Shown: positions 55,379 to 64,000 of the stretch, one piece after another
How the letters are laid out: each line of letters opens with the position of its first letter
How positions within the stretch are numbered: the first letter of the stretch is position 1
Source: Octopus vulgaris
Taxonomy: Eukaryota
DNA: 64,000 nt
Assembly: GCA_951406725.2 (NCBI GenBank)
Contig: OX597816.1
Coordinates: 90,644,001 to 90,708,000, forward strand
Direction: 5' to 3'
Notes under the pieces: model-generated
The model's database searches: none
Told to the model about the DNA's origin: nothing
What the model saw: only the letters and a program-made list of their open reading frames with translations
Program-made: the position numbers and the translations under genes

Positions 55379-56210
55379 TCAGGTCATCACATAAGTTCTG
55401 TCTGATTTTACCTTTTTTAAAATTGAATGAAATTTAATAGTATTTTAGAATGTCTAATGGAATTAAAAATTATTTATATACATTTAAACTAATTAAATAT
55501 TATTTTACAGAATAATAGAATTAAAATTTCTTTGATTAAAACCCTTTCTAACATGGAAGTATCCAAAGAGCATTTGAGGCACATGAGTACAAAAAAGGAA
55601 ATTCTGCAGCCGAAGCGACTCGAAACATACACTCAGTTTATGGGAAAGAATGCTTGAATGAAAGAACTTGCAGAAGATGGTTTGCAAAATTCAGAAGTGG
55701 AGATTTCAGCCTTGAAGATGAAGATCGAACAGGACGTCCAGTTGAGTTTGATGATAAGCTCCTTGAGGCATTACTTGAAGAAAATCCTCCATTATCAGTT
55801 GAAGAATTGGCAATAAAGCTTAGTTCAAACCATACGACTGTTCATCGTCATCTTCAACAACTTGGAAAGGTTCCTAAACTTGGAAAATGGGTGCCTCATG
55901 AATTGTCCGAAAGCAGCCGCAAATCCCGAGTTGGCATCTGCTCTCCTCTCCATTCCCGCGAACCCATTTCACCCTTTTTGGATAGACTTGTGACTGGTGA
56001 CGAAAAATGGATCTTCTATCGAAATGTTGAACGTCGAAAACAGTGGTTTGGTAAAGGGAAAAGGCTCAACCACAACCGAGAAGGGAACTTCATGGGGAAA
56101 ATGTTCTTTTCTCTATCTGATGGGATTGCAAAGGAGTAATTCACTTTGAATTGTTACCACCTAATGCAACAATTAATACTGTCAGCAATTAGAGCATTTG
56201 AACCAAAACA
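55379..56210 (+). mobile_element. Mariner (DD34D-type) transposon, 5' part, pseudogenised and 3'-truncated
   Basis: Putative left TIR 'TA|tcaggtcatcacataagttctgtctgattt' and ATG at 55553 (MEVSKEHLRH). The ORF 55654-56139 carries RWFAKFRSGDFSLEDEDRTGRP, WVPHEL and LVTGDEKWIFY. It has frameshifts and no second or third catalytic D or right TIR. Confidence 0.9.
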
Positions 56211-56422
56211 TTAAAAGAAGCAACCAAAAACAAAAATAGTCATACGAATCGAATTTTTCAGACCAAAGTTTATAAGCTCCACAAATAGCAGGTTGATTTA
56301 TACACCATGATGACTTTGGAGGACCACAAATTTCACGTGAAATGTAGCAGGATTTGGGAAGATAGTGACGATGTTTGAATGTTTAGACTACGTGTTTACA
56401 CACACACACACACAAATATACA

Positions 56423-56487
<65 letters not shown>

Positions 56488-56540
56488 ACGTTGACTTGTG
56501 TACCAGAAAATATGGCACACGCAAAAGGAAGAGTAAAAAA

Positions 56541-56863
56541 AGCCTTGTGAGTGGATTTGGTAGACGGACATCGAAAGTACTAAGCAGTGTTAATAGGCAT
56601 AAGCAAAATTTGGGTCATTTGAAATATGTTTGCGATGTGTGTGTGTCTTTCTGTCTGTGTTTGTCCCCCACCATCGCTTGACAACAGATACTGGTGCATT
56701 TACGTCTCCGTGGTATGGAGGTTCGGCAAAGGAGATCGATAGAGTAATTACCGGGCTTTAAAAAATGAATTCTGGGGTCGATACATTCGACTAAAATTAA
56801 AAGGTGGTGCCCCAGCATGGCAGCTGTCAAATGACTGAAACAAGTAAACGATAAAGATAAAAG
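56541..56863 (+). mobile_element. SINE family B, 3' two-thirds
   Basis: 'agccttgtgagtggatttggtagacgg...tttgtcccccaccatcgcttgacaac...cagcatggcagctgtcaaatgactgaaacaagtaa'. Confidence 0.8.
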
Positions 56864-57349
56864 ATCGTCAACAAATTACATATAGAGAGAGCGAGGGGAG
56901 GGAGAGAGAATGAGTGTGTGAAAGAAAGAGAAAGATATAAAGAGAGTTAATCCATTCAAATTGTTTAATGTTCCTGGCTTAAGACCAAAGCAGAAACTTG
57001 AACCAGAATAATAAAAGATCAAAGTGTACACGCGGAGAAATGCAGTAAGAAAGAGGTTAATGGCAGTAAACATCAAAATATATTGAGAAAGTATACTAAA
57101 GTAATATGAATTTCGATTGGGTTATGCCCCAATACTTCCAAACGGGCAGAGAAAATATAAGATTAGTAGTACAGTGAACTTGACATCTAGTGATAATAGA
57201 GCAGATGTGTAGTCTAAGCACGTTTATAGAAAATGATTAAGAAATCTAGAATGAACTGGTAACGTTGAGATCCTGAGATTTCGGAATAACAATAGCAAAG
57301 TATTTCTTTTTACATATATTAGTCTCTTTTAATGATATTAATTATTATT

Positions 57350-57560
57350 TCTATCGCAGGCACAAAGCCTGAAGTTGTGGAATGGAGGCAAGTCGTTTAT
57401 ATCGACTACCTGCACTCAATTGACACTTGTTCTATTGACCCCAAAAGGGTGAAAGTCCATGTCGGCATCGGCAGAATCTGAACTTAAAACATAAAGGCAG
57501 GCGAAATGCTGCTAAGCATTTTCCCCGTTGTGCTAACGATTCTGCCAGCTCGCTAACTTA
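57350..57560 (-). mobile_element. SINE family A
   Basis: 'aggcacaaagcctgaag...gctaagcattttcccc...gctaacgattctgccagctcgc'. Confidence 0.8.
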
Positions 57561-57563
57561 AAA

Positions 57564-57890
57564 AAAGAAACCTTTCTACTAAAGGAACAAGGCCTGAGAT
57601 TTTGGGGGAGGAGACTAGTTGATTACATCAACCCCAGTGTCAACTGGTACTTATTTAATCCGTCTCGAAAAATTCCACCAAAGTCGACTATGCTTTTCAT
57701 CTTTTCGAGACGGATTAAATAAGTACCAGTTAACACTGGGGTTGATGTAATCAACTAGTCTCCTCCCCCCCAAATCTCAGGCCTTGTTCCTTTAGTAGAA
57801 AGGTTTCTTTGAACTCAGAATATAAAGGCAGACGAAATACTGCAAAGTAGTTTACTCATCGTGCTAACGAAACTGCCAGCTTACTACCTT
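57564..57890 (-). mobile_element. SINE family A copy containing an internal inverted duplication
   Basis: Arms 57564-57671 and 57702-57810 are near-perfect reverse complements. Normal SINE sequence resumes at 'gaactcagaa' (57811). Confidence 0.9.
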
Positions 57891-57909
57891 AAAAAAATTG
57901 CGGTAATTA

Positions 57910-58900
57910 TAATAAAGAGTTTGAAGAGAAATCTTTACAAAGTCACTTTTGGAAAGCCACTGTGACTGTATGCGAAACAAAATCCTGGGCTTGGTTGAAA
58001 AAGGGACAACTGTAAAAAGAAACAGAGAACCTTATTATAGCAGAACAAGATCAAACACTGCAAATAGGCAACTTGAGAAAATATGGGGCGAAGATATCGG
58101 TAAAATGTAGAGTAGGTGGAATTTGGGATGAAATAATGACACATTGTTACCGAATGCCTCAAGTTGGCCACGGAAGAATATAAGAAATGTAAAACTGATC
58201 AAGCTGTGATAGTTTTACTCTTGAAACGTTGGCAAAAATGGGAGTTTGAAGTAGCAATTACATAGTACAATCAGCTGATACTAAGAATACTTGATTCAGA
58301 AACGTGCACATTTTATGGGATTTTCCTATTGAAATGGATAAGATGGAACATAACGAACCAGATATCACAAGGAAAATCGAATTTGCTTACTGAATAATCC
58401 ATGATATCCACATGATACAAGGACTATAAAGAAAGCAAGTGAAAAGTTGAAAGACTATCAGCCCTTAAAATGTGAGATTGCGCGGGTTTGGAACATGAAT
58501 TCTGTAAAATTAAAAAAAAGACTCCGCCGGTTACGACGACGAGGGTCCCAGCTGATACGATCAACGGAACAGCTTGCTCGTGAAATTAACGTGCAAATGG
58601 CTGAGCATTCCACAGACACGTGTACCCTTAACGTAGTTCTCGGGGATAATCAGCGTGACACAGAGAGTGACAAGGCTGACCCTTTGAAATACAAGTACAA
58701 CTTATTTTTGCCAGCTGAGTGGACTGGAGCAACGTGAAATAAAGTGTCTTGCTCAAGGACACAACGCGCCGCCGGGAATCGAACTCACAACCTTACGATC
58801 ATGAGCCGAATGCCCTAACCACTAAGCCACGCGCCCTCACTCTGTAAAATTAGTGTAGTCGTTTCTATGATTTTACAGCTGGACGTAAACGATTGCGCTA
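57910..58900 (+). mobile_element. Decayed R4/Dong-type LINE fragment interrupted by a SINE
   Basis: KETENLIIAEQDQTL; KCRVG..; IVTECLKLATEEYKK; HNEPDI; KLKDYQPLKCEIARVWNM. Confidence 0.75.
58513..58840 (-). mobile_element. Young full-length SINE family C copy with 12-bp target-site duplication
   Basis: Minus-strand head 'gagggcgcgtggcttagtggttaggg...gagttcgattcccggc'. The TSD 'tctgtaaaatta' lies at 58501-58512 and 58841-58852. Confidence 0.9.
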
Positions 58901-59339
58901 GAAAATCTGATTTTTGTAATGTCATTGTACTTATATCTGGTATAAAATTTGCTCCCATATCAGAAAAGTTTTACAGGGAGCGTAATATCCCCCCTGTTTC
59001 TACTACCATTATGAGATATAACTTGTAGGATTACCACTGATGTGGTTGTGAAATACAAAAAGTTAAAAAGCCGCGCAGTAAAAGCATTGGCAGCGAAGAT
59101 AAAATGCTGAAACAAACCCTTTTCTAACAGGGAAATAAGTGGAGTTTAATTTGAGAAAAAACAAAAGAACCCTTTTTGTCTGTTGTTCAGAATGAAAACT
59201 GAACAAAAATGCTTTCCCGTCAAGTAAACAGCGAACAATTGCTAATAGAGTTCTGAAAAAAAAGCAAGTGTCCACGTTGAACAAGAACAAAAACAATTAA
59301 ACCGATTATAAGAATATCTTCTCCAAGTTGCTGTTGCTG

Positions 59340-59354
59340 CTACTGCTACTGCTG

Positions 59355-59448
<94 letters not shown>
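59340..59448. repeat. (CTA)n microsatellite
   Basis: Direct reading. Confidence 0.95.
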
Positions 59449-59459
59449 GTAAAGAGATG

Positions 59460-61280
59460 ATTGAAACCAGCTTTAAGGAGAGAATTCTTTCAAGGAGGAT
59501 CCCTATCCCCTTTTTACTCATGTCTAACTATTCCCCACTAAGAAACATATAAACAACCAATGGCTATAAATGCAATGGACAAACAAATAAAGCATCTTTA
59601 TACGGTTAACTTAAAACTGTTTACAATGTACAAAACCCAGCTGCGGAAAGTACTAAAAACTGTTCGTTTATTCACTCAAGATATAAAAATGAATATGGGG
59701 CCTGATAAATAATGCGCAAAAGCTGCTACAAGAATAGACAAATTAACAAAATCTGAGAATTTAAAATTAAATCCAGACCCTGAAACTGTAGAATTAAGCA
59801 TGAACCACCAATACAAATACTTAGAAATATAGGAAACTGATAAGATATAACACAAAAACGAAGGAGAAGACTAATATTGAAAACAGAATCCACTGCTAGA
59901 AATGAGATAACTATACATATATGCATACATACATACATACATACATACATACATACATACATACATAATACATACATACATACATACATACATAATACAT
60001 ACATAATACATACATAATACATACATACATACATACATACCATGCATATATTATATATATGTACATATCTGCATATATATTATATATATGTACTTATGTC
60101 TATATGTGTGTATGTATATATGTTCGCATACATAGTCTAAGCCTCGTAGTCATAAACAACAATTTCAATTAGAACGAAAGAGGATTTAAGAGCCTAGACA
60201 GACACACCAGGAAACTACTAACAGCGTTCCGAAGCCAACACCTTAAAGCTGATATAGATAGGATAACCTATCTGTGATTAGCGAGGGTGGATCTGATACA
60301 AATAGAAAATTACCACAAAGTAACAATGGCAGGAATATAACAATACTTATAAACAATTAAGAGGAAACTTATTAGCGTAATAAAGGAATATATAAAACAA
60401 ACAAAAAACAGCTTTTCCCTCTCCCACTTTCTCTCTATGCTACTCACACAGCCTTAAAATACCAACTAGAAGCTAACTACACGAGGGAAAAAGATTTAGA
60501 TGAGAATACAACAACAGAAAAAGTTAAAATGACGAAATACAAGACCAGAAAGGTATTTCGGAATACATTAATGAAAAATGAGAGAAAATTTCACTTCATG
60601 ATTAATACCATGCAAAAAAAACAACAAAAAAGCAATCAAAATTAAGTAAACTGGAATGAAGGTTAAGAAAGGCTAAAAATTAAGGACAAAGGGCCTAGTT
60701 TTAGCTTCACAGAATCAATATCTATCTTAATATTTTAGAATGATATAAAGAAACAAGAGGTCAGTATCAAGTGATAAGTATGCAATTAGTAAAACGAGAC
60801 AATTGACCACGACAATTCAAGCAGACTAGTTCTTGTAAAATTTGTGTCCACAGACACAATCGAGTCGACATATATGAGTGTTGGCCAATATGCTAACACC
60901 TCGTAGTGAAAGAGGTCACGAAATGGCATATTTATGCGTCAAACATGGTATCTGACACGACATGGTCAAAATCACACGTCCAAGCTGAAAAGAAAACCAT
61001 GATAAACAATCCAGATATAGTTATCAAGGGTTGGAACAAAATCTTCTACGTTCTGATAGAAACGTTTGTCGCTTCTGAGCATCCCATCGCAAGGCAGATA
61101 GAGAAAATGTCAAAATACAAGGATCAATGAAAACAGCAGCAATAATTATTGCGGCACTAGGTAAAATAAAGAACATGAATAAAAAATATACTTAGGCTAA
61201 CAACTCTAAACATTTTACAAAAACACAGCTCTGCTGAGCACGATCCGCATCATTTTAAAAGCACTTTCAATACAATAGTA
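59460..61280 (+). mobile_element. Decayed R4/Dong-type LINE, interrupted by a (CATA)n tract
   Basis: FQGGSLSP (~59488), YKYLEI (~59812), HLKADIDR (~60240), NNPDIVIK...IEKMSKYKD (60906-61130), ending 'gcactttcaatacaatag'. Confidence 0.75.
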
Positions 61281-61899
61281 TGGTTCAACCCCCTCCTACA
61301 CACTCGCACGCATATAGTAAATAAAAACAATAACAAATGGATAGTTCTAAAACATCACTATACGTATTTCACTTGTGTGGTTTGGCTCAAATGCAAGTCC
61401 ATTGCATAACTTAATGGATAACATGTAATTTCATACTGTTACATAACCATTGCACTTCCTCAGGTTATATTCTTTCGAATATATTTCAGGTTACAACTCA
61501 CAAAATATTTCGGCGAAATATTTTTAAGAATAAGAGTGACAGTGAATTCGAAATTTCGGTCTGTTAGCCTTCGCTGGACTTTGTATGTTTGTATGCACTG
61601 GCCATCACTAGCAAGAGTCAGAAGGATACGAAATATCGTACCATGTAATGTTTATAAGAAAATTGTATGAACTTCCAGAACTTATATTACGACAGGTTAA
61701 TTCAATATATTTCAATTTTTCTTTCCATTTTATTCCAGCATGAAGATGTCTTGAATGAAACCGGTAGATGCTTACATAAAAATATGTCTTGCTGTTTTCA
61801 GCAATAAAGTTCTCCAAGCATTTTCTTATTTTTCCAATATATTTTTCACTCGTGCATATATATCACAAAACAAACAAGACAGGAATGAAGATATCTGTA

Positions 61900-62130
61900 C
61901 ACTGATTCACATCTCACAAGACAAAAAGAAAAAAAAGGTGGAGAAACTCAAAATACAACGACCTTGAAATTGAAATAAGCAGGATGTAGAGCAAGAAGAT
62001 AAAATCAGTCCCAATGTTGATTAGAGCACTCGGTACGATAAAAAATGAATCACCCATAAGAAGAATATTAAGGAACACAATATCTTACAAAACAAGACAG
62101 CTCTACTACACGCATACTATTTAAGACAAC
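61900..62130 (+). mobile_element. R4/Dong-type LINE 3' fragment
   Basis: KYNDLEIEISRM*SKKIKSVPMLIRALGTIKN. Confidence 0.65.
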
Positions 62131-62427
62131 TTCAAGTCAACAGTACAACCCAGACTGCAGTCTTTGTACAGTGCATATACTCTGTAAGGCAACAACTGAA
62201 TAAAATAGCACAACTTACATCGTACCAGAAGAAGCACTAAAACAGTATATCAAGCAACATACCAATGCAAAAACTGACTTAGATTATAATATAGATTCCC
62301 AAAAGACACTGTTGTTCGTAATTCAAAACACAAAAATGTACCTGGTGAGAAGAGAAGGGCGGTAGAAGTATAACATTGTTGAAAACACAGTAACATATAA
62401 TTATGGTGATGGTGCTAAGACCCGAAT

Positions 62428-62480
<53 letters not shown>
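62428..62480. repeat. (TAC)n microsatellite
   Basis: Direct reading. Confidence 0.95.
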
Positions 62481-62481
<1 letters not shown>

Positions 62482-64000
62482 AAGTTTTCGTGGTTGTTTA
62501 GTATACTGCACTGTTATGCCACGGGCATGTTTAATGATCTCCTAAACAATCCATAACCAATACTGAGATGGCTTTCAGAGATGGGACGATAGATAATCTA
62601 AGAATCGCTCCACCACTTGTGCATCAATATCCCAAAATGATATCAACAGGATATTTAAAGATTATAGAAAACAAACAAATAAACAAACAAACAAAAACGT
62701 AATTCCTGTAGAGTAGTGTGGGTGTGTGCCCAACTCCTATGGGACAATCAGTCAGCTCCTTGTTAACAAGAGGGTACTGAATAATGTGAAGGCACATAAA
62801 AAGGATATGCTGTGTGTATTCTCCACCGACTAGCAAACTTAAGCAGATACGTTTTTAAGTCAACAATATCAGAAATGAAAATAGAACACAAATAACAAAC
62901 TTGTTACACAAGTAAAAAACAAGTAAAAAACACAAAACAAACAACAAAATTAAAACACTCGAACATCAAACACAATGCCTCACCAAATACATGCAAAACG
63001 AAGTAAATAGTAAAACACAAGAGAACCAAACAATAGAATACATACAGAATACTGGTCAACAAAACTATAAATAAACAGGAATACGAAAAAGGTTTAACAG
63101 GCTATTCTAAATGTGAAACCATGGATATGACAATCTAAAGGAAGAAATAATTAAAGATTAAAAACAAAACTTATTCCTATGGAATATCGAAAGTATCTTG
63201 TAAAAATGAAACTTACTGATAAAAAAGCAACAAAAATAAAAACGCAAAGATAACCTTCAAAAGTTTATTAAAAACGACCAGGAACATTTATATTACTCAT
63301 TTAAACGAAATAATATATACTATAAGTACATTATTTCAAAAAGTCAGTAATCCTTCAATTCTATTCAACTAAGAACATAAGCAAACTACAGGGAAAGAAG
63401 CACAGAAAATAAGAGAAAAGATCTCTCAATCCTTACTTAAATCAATACTAAAATATCGCAACAGAAAAAATTAAAGGCAAATACATAAATATGATATAAC
63501 AAAAATGCTTTTCCAAATAAAAGAACGCTTGAATAATTAAAAGGCCCTCGTTGAATTGTAAGGAATCCGCTGTTATGAAAGCGATAACGATTCTTTGAAT
63601 AATACAAACAATCCAACTTCAAGCCAAAACGATAGTATCAAAAAATTGGTAGAAATAAATAGAAGTCAATGTTGCGTCAACGGCAAGAAAAGTAAAGGGG
63701 TTCTAGGGTAAGTACGGGAGGTGAGGAAATGATCACGAAAGAGAGTGTTGAAAACAACGAACGAACACATTTTCGGAAAATCTCTGGAGCCATAACAACA
63801 GAAGTCGCCTAGACGTTAGGAAAAAAACAAAAAAAGAATACCATAAAAAACCCCACAACAACACAGTCTCACACCAAGATTTGATAAAATCCCAAATTTC
63901 TGGTTAAAATATTTAACAGATACGCATAAGGTGCTAGCAGAAGTGTTAAGTTACTGGGAAAGCGGAAAGGAAATCCGACCGGCTCACAAAGAGTAAACCT

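Noticed and set aside
55654-56139. Possible domesticated SETMAR-like host gene
   Set aside because: It is frameshifted, has no SET domain or complete catalytic triad, and is preceded by a TIR-like end, so it is a dead mariner.
62500-64000. A-rich region resembling the N-terminal part of another + strand R4/Dong LINE
   Set aside because: Only faint motif remnants are present and no RT core lies within the window, so it is not listed as a feature.

Overview
This is an AT-rich, microsatellite-dense eukaryotic window. The repeat content (three tRNA-derived SINE families and abundant R4/Dong-type LINE relics) suggests an octopus or other coleoid cephalopod, which is an inference. The only host coding sequence I can support is one 251-bp internal exon of a Wnt5-type gene on the minus strand (36608-36858), so the rest of the window is probably its large flanking introns. 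The window holds more than a dozen decayed RLE (restriction-like endonuclease) non-LTR fragments, all on the + strand and mostly abutting (TAA)n, (TAC)n or (TACA)n tracts. It also holds CR1/L2-like, RTE-like and Penelope-like relics, mariner, Tigger and DD41D transposon remnants, a mariner MITE, a non-autonomous Helitron and a degenerate tRNA-like unit. Three inverted-repeat structures stand out: a ~335-bp-arm DD41D foldback, a near-perfect template-switch palindrome inside a SINE, and a 100-nt hairpin. Almost all listed ORFs are microsatellite artefacts or TE fragments. Boundaries of decayed TEs are approximate and read by eye.
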